From Gammaproteobacteria bacterium (GTDB lineage: Bacteria > Pseudomonadota > Gammaproteobacteria > GCA-001735895), in the NCBI GenBank assembly GCA_029862125.1, contig JAOTXY010000010.1:41-64040 (forward strand): DNA of 64,000 bases. Direction: 5' to 3'. Made by a program: the position numbers and the translations under genes. Below the pieces are notes generated by a model. That model did not search any database. It had not been told where the DNA came from and was given only the letters and a program-made list of their open reading frames with translations. Of the stretch, positions 9,948 to 20,496 are shown piece after piece. Each line of letters begins with the position of its first letter. Within the stretch, counting starts at the first letter, position 1.

Positions 9948-10883
9948 ATGAAAGTGTGTGTTCTCGGCGCCGCCGGTGGAATCGGCCAGCCGCTCTCCCT
10001 GTTACTCAAGTTACAACTGCCCGCGGGTAGCGAGCTGTCGCTTTACGACGTGGCACCTTTTACGCCCGGGGTTGCGGTCGATTTAAGTCATATCCCGACG
10101 GACGTCTGCGTTACCGGTTACGTCGGTGATGACGCCGAGGCTGCGATGAAGGATGCGGATATTGTCGTCATCCCGGCCGGCGTGCCGCGCAAGCCGGGAA
10201 TGACGCGTGACGACCTGTTTAACGTGAATGCCGGGATCGTCAAGAAGCTGATCGGTACGGGCGCGAAAGTCTGTCCCAATGCCTGTTTCGCAATCGTTAC
10301 AAACCCGGTCAACTCGACCGTACCCATCGCCGCCGAAGTGCTCAACGCTGCCGGGGTCTATGACAAGCGCAAATTGTTTGGAGTCACCACGCTCGACGTT
10401 ATCCGTTCCATCACCTTTGTCGCGCAAACTGCCGGCAAGAGCGTTGATGAAGTCAAGGTTGACGTGATTGGCGGCCACAGTGGCGTTACCATTCTGCCAT
10501 TGCTTTCGAGCGTTGACGGCGTGAAGCTGAGCCAATCGGAGATTGAAGCCCTGACACCCCGTATCCAGGAAGCCGGTACCGAAGTGGTCGAAGCCAAGGC
10601 AGGCGCCGGTTCGGCAACCCTTTCAATGGCGCAGGCCGCGGCTCGTTTCACCATGTCACTGGTTTCGGCAATGAATGGCGACTCTGTAACCGAGTGCTGC
10701 TACGTACAGGTTGGCGATGATACCCGCGCTTTCCATGCGCAACCAGTGGTGCTGGGCAAGGACGGAGTCGAATCGATCCCGCCGTTGCCTGCACTGAGCG
10801 ACTACGAAAAGAAATTACTGGATGAAATGCGGGGAACGCTGGAAGGCAATATCAACAAGGGTATCGAGTTCGCTAACGACTAG
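9948..10883 (+). CDS. mdh: NAD-dependent malate dehydrogenase
   Basis: [61 protein letters not shown]. Confidence 0.97.
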   Translation: MKVCVLGAAGGIGQPLSLLLKLQLPAGSELSLYDVAPFTPGVAVDLSHIPTDVCVTGYVGDDAEAAMKDADIVVIPAGVPRKPGMTRDDLFNVNAGIVKKLIGTGAKVCPNACFAIVTNPVNSTVPIAAEVLNAAGVYDKRKLFGVTTLDVIRSITFVAQTAGKSVDEVKVDVIGGHSGVTILPLLSSVDGVKLSQSEIEALTPRIQEAGTEVVEAKAGAGSATLSMAQAAARFTMSLVSAMNGDSVTECCYVQVGDDTRAFHAQPVVLGKDGVESIPPLPALSDYEKKLLDEMRGTLEGNINKGIEFAND

Positions 10884-10894
10884 AGGCACCGAAA

Positions 10895-11314
10895 ATGCGT
10901 TACGCAATACTATTGTTATCCGTACTACTCGTAGTTGGTTGTAGTTCCAAGAATGCGCGTGAAGATAGCGCCGAAATCATTACCAAAATAGGCGTCATTA
11001 CTGCCAGGGAAGACGCCAGCATGAACGATATCGAAAAAGACAAAAATACTAGTACCAGCGTTTATGGATCCGTTTCGTCCGGGAGCAGGGGCAGCAGCGT
11101 ATCGATTGGAATAGGTGTTTTGCTCTCGTCCTTTTTCTCCGGTGATTCCGATCAGGACCTGGTGCGTTACGAAGTTGACCTGAAAGACGGCGGTCAATTT
11201 ACGATTTATCACGACAGCCTCGATTTTGAAGTCGACGACTGTGTCGAGATTACCGTGCACCCGGACGAAGACAAGTATCCGCCGACCATGAAACGCAAAA
11301 AAGGGGCTTGCTAG
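10895..11314 (+). CDS. Putative lipoprotein
   Basis: Lipobox LVVGC, Gly/Ser-rich segment; no recognised function. Confidence 0.7.
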   Translation: MRYAILLLSVLLVVGCSSKNAREDSAEIITKIGVITAREDASMNDIEKDKNTSTSVYGSVSSGSRGSSVSIGIGVLLSSFFSGDSDQDLVRYEVDLKDGGQFTIYHDSLDFEVDDCVEITVHPDEDKYPPTMKRKKGAC

Positions 11315-11479
11315 ACCGCTTGCATGTTTGCTCATTCCAGCTTTGCAAGCTGTAACGGGACTGTGGTAGGTTTAATATCCTCGCCGCGCTGCGCAGGCTA
11401 GCGCGGCGGTCCGACGTATCGACATCATGATGCCATCAGGGAATGGATTCCGGAATGACCTAAGTGGTATGCTTTTACC

Positions 11480-12121
11480 ATGTCCGACGAGAAAATATCC
11501 AGCAATGAAGCCATCGATGCCGCGCTGCACCTCGATGGTAACCCGGAGCACGTTAAACAGTTCTACGAAGACTGGGCCAAAAATTACAATATTGATACCA
11601 CCGGTTCGGACTATACCGGGCCCACGATTGCGGCGAAACTGTTACATCAGCATTTAACGGTTAAAGACAGCGAACTGCTCGATGCTGGATGCGGCACCGG
11701 GCTGGTTGGTATCGAGTTACAGTCCCTCGGTTATATCAACGTCGATGGCTTTGATCTCTCAGACTCGATGGTTGAACTGGCCGCGGCAACCGGTGCCTAT
11801 CGACAGGTGCTGGGTAGTATCGACATGATGCGAGCCAGCGAAAGTTACCCGGCCGCAAGCTATGACGCGATTTTATCGGTCGGCGTTTTTACCCTTGGAC
11901 ATGTGCCACCCGAGGCGTTGCATGTATTGCTTGGGCTTACCAGGGCAGGTGGACTGTTGGTGATATCGACGCGCACGCATTACTACGACCAGACCAACTT
12001 CCAGCAGGTAGTCGACGAACTCACCGCGAGCCAGCAGGCCGAATTGATCCAGCTAATCAAGGATGCACCCTATAACAATGATGGTGATGGCCATTACTGG
12101 GTTTTCCGAAAATCAGGCTGA
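11480..12121 (+). CDS. Class I SAM-dependent methyltransferase
   Basis: YEDWAKNY, LLDAGCGTGLVG, GFDLSDSM motifs. Confidence 0.88.
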   Translation: MSDEKISSNEAIDAALHLDGNPEHVKQFYEDWAKNYNIDTTGSDYTGPTIAAKLLHQHLTVKDSELLDAGCGTGLVGIELQSLGYINVDGFDLSDSMVELAAATGAYRQVLGSIDMMRASESYPAASYDAILSVGVFTLGHVPPEALHVLLGLTRAGGLLVISTRTHYYDQTNFQQVVDELTASQQAELIQLIKDAPYNNDGDGHYWVFRKSG

Positions 12122-12231
12122 TCGGGTTCTGACAAAAGAATCTTTTACGATTGAATCCGAAGCCGAGTTTGAGTTAAATACGTCAGTCCTCCGGATTCCC
12201 GTCGACACAACGATTACTGGAGTAACTTTTC

Positions 12232-13380
12232 ATGCCGTCCAAGCGTTTGAATGTCATCAGTCACTGCGCCAAGTCACCATGGTTTTCCCGAACCTGGAGT
12301 GAAGGCGCTTTTTACGGCGAGTATGCCGGCCGCCTGGTACTGTTGTCGCTGGGAAACGATACGATCGAGGAATACTGGAAGCTGCGTAAAGCGGTTGGAC
12401 TGTTTGACGTGCCCGAGCGCCCGGTTGAAATCAAGGGCCGGGATGCCGTTAAATTCCTGAATCGCGTGCTTACGCGCCCAGTCGATAAACTTCGCGTTGG
12501 CCGCGGTAGCTACGGACTATTGTGCCACCAGGGTGGTGGCATGGTGTGCGATGGGATTTTATTCAAACTGGCCGAAGATCATTTCTGGTACGTGCACGCC
12601 GACGCCGATGTCTACCTGTGGCTGGTTGCGCATGCAGTCGATTACGCGGTTGAAATTCGCGACCCGCGGTCCTGGGTACTGCAGGTTCAGGGGCCGAAAT
12701 CGATGGCAGTGCTGGCCAATGCCTGCGATGACGGTGCACCTGAAGAATTTCGTTATTTCGACGTCTTCCAGGGGCACATGGGTGGACAGAAAGTGTTGGT
12801 CAGCCGTACTGGCTGGTCGGCGGAACTGGGCTTTGAAGTATATAATATGGATCCCGATGTCGATGGCCCGGCGCTTTGGGATCACCTGATGGCCGCAGGT
12901 GCCGACAGCGGCATCGCCGGTTGCGGGCAGATGTCGATGAATATACGGCGCATCGAAGGCGGCATCCTCAACTATCGCAGCGACATGGACTGGGATACGA
13001 CGCCTTACGATATGGGGCTTGGCATGTTTGTTGATCTTGAGGGCCACGATTTTATCGGCCGGGATGCCCTGTGCAATGCCAGCAGGGAGCCTCGCTTTTG
13101 CGGCTTTAAATGTGAGGATCGGCAAATCAGGTTTGGTTCCGCGGTCCAGTCGAATGGTCAGTCGGTGGGTCGCGTAACGGCCTACGAGATTTCGCCTTAC
13201 CTGGAATGCGGCGTTGGTTTCGTGTTGCTCGACTCGCCCGAGTATATGGGTGCGACTGGACTCAGTATTATCGATCGGGATGGCGACGTATGTCCGGTGG
13301 AGTTGGTAGAGCTGCCTTTTTACGATGCTGAGAAGAACATTCCGCGCGGCCTCGAACCGACCGATGGCGGAATCGATTAA
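12232..13380 (+). CDS. GcvT/DmdA-like aminomethyltransferase-family (folate-binding) protein
   Basis: VGLFDV, IKGRDA, LQVQGPKS, SRTGWSAELGFE, RRIEGG, C-terminal LPFYDAEK; substrate not assignable. Confidence 0.85.
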   Translation: MPSKRLNVISHCAKSPWFSRTWSEGAFYGEYAGRLVLLSLGNDTIEEYWKLRKAVGLFDVPERPVEIKGRDAVKFLNRVLTRPVDKLRVGRGSYGLLCHQGGGMVCDGILFKLAEDHFWYVHADADVYLWLVAHAVDYAVEIRDPRSWVLQVQGPKSMAVLANACDDGAPEEFRYFDVFQGHMGGQKVLVSRTGWSAELGFEVYNMDPDVDGPALWDHLMAAGADSGIAGCGQMSMNIRRIEGGILNYRSDMDWDTTPYDMGLGMFVDLEGHDFIGRDALCNASREPRFCGFKCEDRQIRFGSAVQSNGQSVGRVTAYEISPYLECGVGFVLLDSPEYMGATGLSIIDRDGDVCPVELVELPFYDAEKNIPRGLEPTDGGID

Positions 13381-13397
13381 CAGGAGGAATCGGGAAC

Positions 13398-14150
13398 ATG
13401 TCGAACTTTGCAGGAAAAGTTGCCTTTGTCACCGGCGCCGGTGGCGGCATGGGATTTCAGATTGCCAGTGACCTGATTAACGCTGGCGCCAGCGTGTTGA
13501 TGTTCGATATCAAACCCGAACCCGGGGATATTCCGGGTAGCCCGGATCAATCACTTTACCTGCAGGCCGATTTAACCGATGAGCCTGTCGTAGCCGCCGC
13601 GGTTGAAAAGGCGGTTGAATTATTTGGTGGTATCGATTTGCTTGCAAACGTGGCGGGCGCACTGTGGTTTGACCGAGATAAAACCGCGCTCGAAATCGAC
13701 CTGGATGTGTGGGACCAGGTGATGGCAATCAACCTGAAAAGCATGGTGCACACCACGCGGCATGTCGTGCCGCAGATGCGCAAACGCGGTGGGGGTGCCA
13801 TGGTGCATTTTTCGTCGACGCAATGCATGCGCGGTGATTCCGCACCCCAGGACGCCTACCAGGCCGCCAAGGCTGGCGTGGTGGCGTTTTCCAAGTCGCT
13901 GGCTATTCAGTTGGCAGCTGAAAACATTCGCTCCAACGTGATTTATCCGGGGCCCAGTGAGTCGCCGATGCAGGATCGCTGGAAACAGAATCCCGGTGCC
14001 CAGGCCGCCACGGCCAGTGCGATACCTTTGGGACGCGTTGGCACGGTCGAAGATATGTCGAATGCCTGTCTGTTTTTACTTTCTGAAAAGGCTTCCTTTA
14101 TTACCGGCACCGAGTTACTGGTCGATGGTGGTTTGCAGGCAAAACCGTGA
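13398..14150 (+). CDS. Short-chain dehydrogenase/reductase
   Basis: TGAGGGMG, YQAAK catalytic motif, FITGTELLVDGG. Confidence 0.92.
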   Translation: MSNFAGKVAFVTGAGGGMGFQIASDLINAGASVLMFDIKPEPGDIPGSPDQSLYLQADLTDEPVVAAAVEKAVELFGGIDLLANVAGALWFDRDKTALEIDLDVWDQVMAINLKSMVHTTRHVVPQMRKRGGGAMVHFSSTQCMRGDSAPQDAYQAAKAGVVAFSKSLAIQLAAENIRSNVIYPGPSESPMQDRWKQNPGAQAATASAIPLGRVGTVEDMSNACLFLLSEKASFITGTELLVDGGLQAKP

Positions 14151-14211
14151 TTTTACCCCGCAGTTAAAAATTCTGGCATAGTAGGCTTTCGTTTCAGTTT
14201 GAGATGAAGCA

Positions 14212-14967
14212 ATGACTTCCAGAATTTCAATATTGATTACCGGTGCGTCGGGTGGGATAGGCCGCGCGGCCGCTATCGAATGCGCGCAGCGTGGTGCCAG
14301 GATAGGTGTTCACTATAACGGTAATCGCGAACGTGCCGAGTCAACGCTCGCCGCGCTGGCGGGAGATGGTCACCAGTTGTTTCAATGCGACATTACCGAT
14401 CCGGTCGCAGCGCAACAACTGATCGAAGATGCGAACCAGGTCCTCGATGGCCTCGATGTGCTGGTGAACAATGCCGGCATCTCGCAGCGCCATCAGTTCG
14501 ACGAGATCGACTATGCCACCTGGCAGCAAACCTGGCAGCGTATTGTCAACACCAACCTGACTGCAGCGAGTAACCTGTGCTTTTTAGCAGGCAAAAAAAT
14601 GATTGCTGCCGGTGGCGGACGAATTGTCAATGTATCGTCGCGCGGGGCATTTCGCGGTGAACCGCTGATGCCCTGGTACGGCGCGTCCAAGGCCGGTATG
14701 AATGCAATGGGCCAATCGCTGGCGCAGGCACTGGGCCCGAAAGGAGTGTTTGTTTATACCGTCGCACCCGGCTTTGTCGAGACTGAAATGGCCGCGGCAG
14801 TGCTGGCCTCACCTGAAGGTGACAATATCAGGAACCAAAGCAGTATCGGTCGGGTGGCGCAACCCGGGGAACTCGGTAAAACGATTGGATTTCTCGCTTT
14901 TGAAGCGCCCGAATTCATGACCGGTTGCATCGTCGATGTCAACGGCGCGTCCTACCTGCGATCCTGA
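14212..14967 (+). CDS. Short-chain dehydrogenase/reductase
   Basis: TGASGGIG, VNNAG, YGASK catalytic motif. Confidence 0.92.
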   Translation: MTSRISILITGASGGIGRAAAIECAQRGARIGVHYNGNRERAESTLAALAGDGHQLFQCDITDPVAAQQLIEDANQVLDGLDVLVNNAGISQRHQFDEIDYATWQQTWQRIVNTNLTAASNLCFLAGKKMIAAGGGRIVNVSSRGAFRGEPLMPWYGASKAGMNAMGQSLAQALGPKGVFVYTVAPGFVETEMAAAVLASPEGDNIRNQSSIGRVAQPGELGKTIGFLAFEAPEFMTGCIVDVNGASYLRS

Positions 14968-16073
14968 TGGAATACGACTTTATCGTTGCCGGTGGCGGCC
15001 TGGTTGGATCATCGATTGCCTACGGGCTCGCCCGGCAGAAATACAAGGTGGCGGTGCTTGACGGTGGTGATCGCTCGTTTCGCGCCTCGCGCGGTAACTT
15101 CGGCCTGGTATGGGTGCAGGGCAAGGGCTGGGATTATGCACCCTACGCGCAATGGACCGGGCAGGCCGCCGACCTGTGGCCACAATTTGTGGCAGAACTT
15201 GTCAATGAAACCGGGGTAGAGATCGATTACCAGCGCTCAGGCGGCATGCATTTTTGCCTGAACGAGGCAGAGTGGAGAGAACGTGAGCGCGAAATGGAAA
15301 TGGTTCGTCAACACACGGGCGGAGCATTCGAATATGAAATGCTGGACCATGATCGACTGCAACAGCAAATTCCACAAGTTTCGAATACGGTTCTGGGTGC
15401 GAGCTATTCACCGCAGGATGGTCACGTCAATCCGCTCTACTTACTGCAGGCGTTGCAGCAAGGTATGGACGCTCACCAGGTGCATTATTACCCCAATCAG
15501 TCGATCGATCGAATCGAGGCGAAGCAGGGTGGTTTTTATACTCACTCCACCGAGGGTACGTTGTCTGCCGAGAAAGTCGTGCTCTGTGCCGGGCTCGACA
15601 ATCGGCGCCTCGGTGAAATGCTGGGCATGGATATTCCCGTCGTCGTCGATCGCGGCCAGATCATGATTACCGAACGGCTGCAACCGTTTCTGAACCTGCC
15701 GACGCTGCATGTGCGTCAGACTGCGGAAGGTACCGTGCAAATCGGGTATTCCCACGAGGATGTGGGCCTCGACGACGGTACCAGCCCGTCGGTATTGAAA
15801 AAGATAGCCCGGCGCGCGGTGTTAATGTTTCCGTTCCTGGCGCGTGTGCAACTGGTGCGCGCCTGGGGCGCACTGCGAATCATGACGCCGGACCATAACC
15901 CGATATACCAGCAATCTACCGACTGTCCGGGTGCGTTTACCGTCACCTGTCATAGTGGCGTCACCCTTGCTGCAATGCACTCCGGACCGGTTGCTGAATG
16001 GATAGGCGGTAGCAGTCGGCCTGATCTTATCAACCAGTTCAGTACAGACCGGTTCAATGTTTCGCCTGGTTGA
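14967..16073 (+). CDS. FAD-dependent oxidoreductase, DAO family (HcnC/OoxB-like subunit)
   Basis: AGGGLVG, ASRGNFGLVWVQGKG, WGALRIMTPD, TCHSGVTLA; ATG at 14967 overlaps the upstream TGA. Confidence 0.88.
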   Translation: MEYDFIVAGGGLVGSSIAYGLARQKYKVAVLDGGDRSFRASRGNFGLVWVQGKGWDYAPYAQWTGQAADLWPQFVAELVNETGVEIDYQRSGGMHFCLNEAEWREREREMEMVRQHTGGAFEYEMLDHDRLQQQIPQVSNTVLGASYSPQDGHVNPLYLLQALQQGMDAHQVHYYPNQSIDRIEAKQGGFYTHSTEGTLSAEKVVLCAGLDNRRLGEMLGMDIPVVVDRGQIMITERLQPFLNLPTLHVRQTAEGTVQIGYSHEDVGLDDGTSPSVLKKIARRAVLMFPFLARVQLVRAWGALRIMTPDHNPIYQQSTDCPGAFTVTCHSGVTLAAMHSGPVAEWIGGSSRPDLINQFSTDRFNVSPG

Positions 16074-16359
16074 TGAAACAAGTGTCGATACGCTGAAGCT
16101 GAGTATCGAGGGTCGTGAATACGATGTTCCGGTCGGTATTTCGGTTGCCGCGGCGGTTTTGCTGTGTGGCATCACCAGGCTGCGCAATACCCCCGTGTCC
16201 GGTTCTCCGCGATTGCCCTATTGCATGATGGGCATTTGTTTCGATTGCCTGATGACCATCGACGGGTTTCCCAACCAGCAGGCCTGCCAGCTCGAGGTTC
16301 GTGAAAACATGACAATCGAGATTCAGCAGGGTGCGGCAGAACTGCTGCAGCAAAGATGA
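16057..16359 (+). CDS. (2Fe-2S)-binding subunit (HcnA-like)
   Basis: PYCMMGICFDCLMTIDG...QAC cysteine pattern. Confidence 0.88.
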   Translation: MFRLVDETSVDTLKLSIEGREYDVPVGISVAAAVLLCGITRLRNTPVSGSPRLPYCMMGICFDCLMTIDGFPNQQACQLEVRENMTIEIQQGAAELLQQR

Positions 16360-17747
16360 AGGACCATTACCAGTTACTCGTGATCGGTGCCGGGCCGGCG
16401 GGCCTCGCCGCGGCCGCGGAGGCTGCCCGCCTTGGCCTGGATGTCGCCCTGGTGGATGAGCAAAAGGCGCCGGGTGGACAAATCTACCGTAATGTTGGAT
16501 CGATTCAGGAACCTGTCAGTACTTACCTGGGAAAAGACTACCTGCGGGGCAAGCCATTGGTTGAAGAGTTTCTGCAAAGTGGCGCGACCTACATCAACAG
16601 TGCCTCGGTATGGTATCTCGATGAGCGCCTCGAGACCGGATTGTTGATCGATGGCGCCAGCCATTTCATCACCGCGGAGCGATTGATTCTGGCCACTGGC
16701 GCCCAGGAAAGGCCTATGCCATTGCCCGGTTGGCAGCTGCCTGGTGTTATGACAGCAGGCGCGGGACAGATTCTACTCAAATCCGCGGCGATGATTCCCA
16801 GTAGACGGGTAGTGCTGGCGGGGAGCGGTCCATTACTGCTACTAATAGCCTGGCAGTACCTGCAGGTCGGGGTAAAAATTGGCGCAATTATTGATACCAC
16901 GCCGGGTTCAGGTTTTTCCAAGTTACTACCTTACCTACCCCGTGCGCTACCGGCTTTTGACTACCTGCTCAAGGGTCTGTCATTCATACTCGCCATCAAA
17001 AAGGCGGGGATACCCGTTTATAAAGCGGTGGCTGATCTGCGCGCCGAAGGCCATGAGTCGCTGGAGTCGGTGAGTTTTACTACAGGCCTGGGAGATGGTA
17101 ACAAAAGAACAGAAATCGACATGGAAGCCGAGACCTTGTTATTGCACCAGGGTGTGATCCCAAATTTACGCCTGCCGCTGGCCGCCGGCTGTGAGCTTGA
17201 ATGGGATGCGCTGCAGCAAAGTTGGAAAATAGTCAAAGATATATGGGGTCAGAGTAGTGTTGACCAGGTGCTGGTGGCTGGGGATTGCGCGGGTATCGTC
17301 GGTGCCCGTGCAGGCGAGTTGCAGGGCAGGTTATGCGCCTTACAGGCCGCCCATCAATTAAAGAAGATCGATCTGCAACCGCGTGATAGAGCGGCGACGC
17401 GGATAAAACGTTCGCTACAAAGACATCTTTCGATCCGACCTTTTCTGGACACACTTTATCCGCCGGCAAAGGCCTACCAACTGCCCGATGATGAAACACT
17501 GGTGTGTCGCTGCGAGGAAGTTAATGCCGGACAAATACGCGAGGCCGCACGCATGGGTTGCGTCGGACCCAACCAGGTGAAAGCCTTTACCCGCTGTGGT
17601 ATGGGCCCTTGCCAGGGGTGTCTATGCGGCAGCACGGTATCGGCATTGATCGCGGACGAAACGGGTGCTTCGATGGAACAGGTTGGATATTTCCGGGTGC
17701 GGCCACCCTTCAAGCCGATCACTCTCGGTGAACTTGCGAATACCTAG
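16356..17747 (+). CDS. FAD/NAD(P)-binding oxidoreductase with BFD-like Fe-S domain (HcnB/OoxA-like subunit)
   Basis: IGAGPAG, LATGAQERP, VCRCEEV, TRCGMGPCQGCLC, RVRPPFKP. Confidence 0.88.
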   Translation: MKDHYQLLVIGAGPAGLAAAAEAARLGLDVALVDEQKAPGGQIYRNVGSIQEPVSTYLGKDYLRGKPLVEEFLQSGATYINSASVWYLDERLETGLLIDGASHFITAERLILATGAQERPMPLPGWQLPGVMTAGAGQILLKSAAMIPSRRVVLAGSGPLLLLIAWQYLQVGVKIGAIIDTTPGSGFSKLLPYLPRALPAFDYLLKGLSFILAIKKAGIPVYKAVADLRAEGHESLESVSFTTGLGDGNKRTEIDMEAETLLLHQGVIPNLRLPLAAGCELEWDALQQSWKIVKDIWGQSSVDQVLVAGDCAGIVGARAGELQGRLCALQAAHQLKKIDLQPRDRAATRIKRSLQRHLSIRPFLDTLYPPAKAYQLPDDETLVCRCEEVNAGQIREAARMGCVGPNQVKAFTRCGMGPCQGCLCGSTVSALIADETGASMEQVGYFRVRPPFKPITLGELANT

Positions 17748-17878
17748 CCGTATTTATCCGGACCGAATGTCAAAGTAACAGATGGGCCAGGCTACAACAG
17801 CAATCTGTAACAGCAGGATATTCAGAAACAGGAAAATTGTTTGGTGATCAAACCCTGAACATGCCACACTAAATCACT

Positions 17879-19300
17879 ATGGAAGGCACCGTATCATTAC
17901 CGATCTGGTTGTTTATCCTGTTACTGGTTACCGCCTTGTTGCTGGTGCTGGATCGGATCCTGTTACCGGGATTTCGCTGGTATTTGCGGCGTCGCGTCAA
18001 TCGCGTCATCGAGGAAGTTAATACCCGGCTAGATATCGAGATCAGGCCTTTTCAGCTGACGCGCAAGCAGGCGTTGATTGACCAGCTGGTGTTTGATGAC
18101 AAGGTGGTAGCGGCGATGAAGGAATACGCGGCCGAACACAATATGCCGAAGGAAGTGGTGCAGGCGAAAGTTTTTCGCTATGCGAACGAAATTGCGCCTT
18201 CGTTCAATGCCTACATTTATTTCCGCTTCGGTTACTGGCTTGCGAAAACACTGGGACGCATGCTTTACCGGGTGCGGGTCGGGTTTCATGACGAGGGCGA
18301 ACTGTCACAAGTTGACCCGAACGCGAGCGTCGTATTTGTCATGAATCATCGCAGCAACATGGATTATGTACTGGTGTCATTCCTGGTTGCTGAAAAAACC
18401 GCGCTGTCCTACGCGGTCGGTGAATGGGCCAGGATCTGGCCGTTGCAGTCGTTGATAAAATCGATGGGTGCTTTTTTTGTGCGCCGTAACTCGCGTAACC
18501 CGCTCTATCGACGAGTGCTGGAGCGCTATGTGAATCTCGCCACGCGCGCCGGTGTATGCCAGGCCGTGTTCCTCGAGGGAGGGCTGACGCGCGATGGAGC
18601 ACTACGCGAGCCCAAGCAGGGTTTTCTGGACTACATGCTGCGTGACTATCGTGCTGGCAGTGATCGCGACGTCGTTTTCGTGCCGGTGGGCATTAATTAC
18701 GACCGCGTGCTGGAAGACATGAGCCTGGTACGAAAACTCGATCCGGAGGCTGAAACCAGAAGCCCCTGGTTTGTTGTAAAAACGAGTTTTAAATTTGGTT
18801 TGAAAACGCTTTTAATGAGTCGCAAAAAACGCTGGCTAAGGTTCGGCTATGCCAGTGTCAATTTTGGTAAGCCGGTATCGGTTTTTGAGTATTGCCAACA
18901 GCACAACGTCAACCTGTCTGAACTGGACCAGGCCAGGCGTTTTCAGCACATTGAAGAGCTCAGTCACCAGTTGATGGATGAAATTGCCGACGTGGTGCCG
19001 GTGTTACCGATCGCGTTAATGAGCGAAGTGGTACTTGCCAATCAGTCTGACTGGCTCAGCGAACTGGGAGCCAAGACAGTGGCCGTCGCGCGCATCGAGG
19101 ACCTGCATGCGCGGGGGGCGCCGATAAGAATATCGGCTAACGCTTGCGAAGATGTATTGACGGCGGCGCTTTCAATGCTCGAAGGACGTGGATTTATCGA
19201 ACGCAGGGAAGGTCTCATTCGAGCCAGGTCGGAGGCACTGGATATATTGAATTATTACGCCAATTCAATAAAACAATGGCAAACAGGAGCATCGTCTTGA
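17879..19300 (+). CDS. Glycerol-3-phosphate/lysophospholipid acyltransferase (PlsB/PlsC-like)
   Basis: NHRSNMDY (HxxxxD), GAFFVRR, FLEGGLTRDG motifs; N-terminal TM helix. Confidence 0.85.
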   Translation: MEGTVSLPIWLFILLLVTALLLVLDRILLPGFRWYLRRRVNRVIEEVNTRLDIEIRPFQLTRKQALIDQLVFDDKVVAAMKEYAAEHNMPKEVVQAKVFRYANEIAPSFNAYIYFRFGYWLAKTLGRMLYRVRVGFHDEGELSQVDPNASVVFVMNHRSNMDYVLVSFLVAEKTALSYAVGEWARIWPLQSLIKSMGAFFVRRNSRNPLYRRVLERYVNLATRAGVCQAVFLEGGLTRDGALREPKQGFLDYMLRDYRAGSDRDVVFVPVGINYDRVLEDMSLVRKLDPEAETRSPWFVVKTSFKFGLKTLLMSRKKRWLRFGYASVNFGKPVSVFEYCQQHNVNLSELDQARRFQHIEELSHQLMDEIADVVPVLPIALMSEVVLANQSDWLSELGAKTVAVARIEDLHARGAPIRISANACEDVLTAALSMLEGRGFIERREGLIRARSEALDILNYYANSIKQWQTGASS

Positions 19301-19411
19301 GTAGGATCCTGATTTCGAGATCGACCGCCGGGATCGCGTTGTACCGGGTTGATAGATTGCCCAAACCTTCATTGCCCGGTGTGAGAGCCCTGAATGGGTC
19401 CCCGGCAGCCG

Positions 19412-20296
19412 TTAGCGGCTGATGCGGTTCTCGATCGGCGGCAGGGCAAGAAGGTAGTCGATCAGCGCGTCGCGGTCTGCCGGGGTCAGGTGTCGGATGC
19501 CTTCAATCACCGGGTCCATCGACCCGACGGCATACTCGCCATTTGGTAGCTCGCCGAATTGTAAAAACTCCCGTAGGCTCGCCCGACTCCAGTCACCGAT
19601 GCCGGTACCCTTGTGGGACGTAATGTTGGGTACCAGCTCGTCTTCCGGGCCGTGTGAATTGCCGGCGTAGGCCAGTTCCGTTTGCATGGCACCAAACAGG
19701 TTGCGCGGCGTATGACATTCACCGCAATGCGCCAGGGCTTCGGCAATATAAGCGCCCCGATTCCATTGCGCGCTCTGTGCGGGCTGTGGTGGTAGTTCCC
19801 CGGGGCTGAAGAACAGCCATTTCCAGGCCCAGGCGGCAGTCCGCCAGTCTACAAACCATGCCAGCTCATGGTCGCGGTTCGGTTGTTCCGATGCGGGCAG
19901 CGATAGAATGTAAGCCTGCAATGCGCGAACATCTGCTTCGAGCATGCGGGTATAAGAGGTGTAAGGAAATGCCGGATAGTAGTCGTTGCCATTCGGTGAC
20001 ACGCCATGGTGTAGCGCACGCTGGAAGTCGTCAGCACTCCACGCACCGATACCCGCGCTCTTGTGGGAGGTTATGTTGGGGGTATAAAAGGTTCCAAAAG
20101 GTGTCACGAGCGCCCGCCCTCCTGCCAGCTGCACGCCGTTTTCGGCAGTATGACAATGGCTGCAACCACTGATCTTTAAAATGTATTCCCCACGCGCAAG
20201 CAATTTTTTGTCGGCCTGCGTTTGCGCGCTAGCACACCATGATGATGCCGCGATGAGCACGCCCACCGCAGCGAGTAAACGCGGTGCCAGGATCAT
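19412..20296 (-). CDS. Diheme c-type cytochrome (resembles cytochrome subunits of membrane dehydrogenases)
   Basis: Signal peptide, CSHCH and CGECH, TPFGTFYTPNIT, YPAFPYTSY. Confidence 0.88.
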   Translation of the reverse strand: MILAPRLLAAVGVLIAASSWCASAQTQADKKLLARGEYILKISGCSHCHTAENGVQLAGGRALVTPFGTFYTPNITSHKSAGIGAWSADDFQRALHHGVSPNGNDYYPAFPYTSYTRMLEADVRALQAYILSLPASEQPNRDHELAWFVDWRTAAWAWKWLFFSPGELPPQPAQSAQWNRGAYIAEALAHCGECHTPRNLFGAMQTELAYAGNSHGPEDELVPNITSHKGTGIGDWSRASLREFLQFGELPNGEYAVGSMDPVIEGIRHLTPADRDALIDYLLALPPIENRISR

Positions 20297-20496
20297 GATT
20301 GCATCATATGCAGCAGCCTATCGAAGCGTCAACGAGCGAGTATCCGATATAGACATTTCACAGGATCGTATCGCAGAACTCGAACCTGCGGGAATTCCGG
20401 CAAATGCCGAAGGCAAGTACGAAACCCAGTGCCATATGGGGCTACCGGGTCCCGGGTTTTGCTCGAGTTGAAATCCTTCCGGACAAGTCTTAGTCG

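Noticed and set aside
12232..13380. DMSP demethylase dmdA or true gcvT
   Set aside because: Only family-level motifs recognised; no gcvH/gcvP or clear dmd context.
14967..17747. Hydrogen cyanide synthase hcnABC
   Set aside because: Same families, but the order is C-A-B and the context is catabolic; the substrate cannot be assigned.
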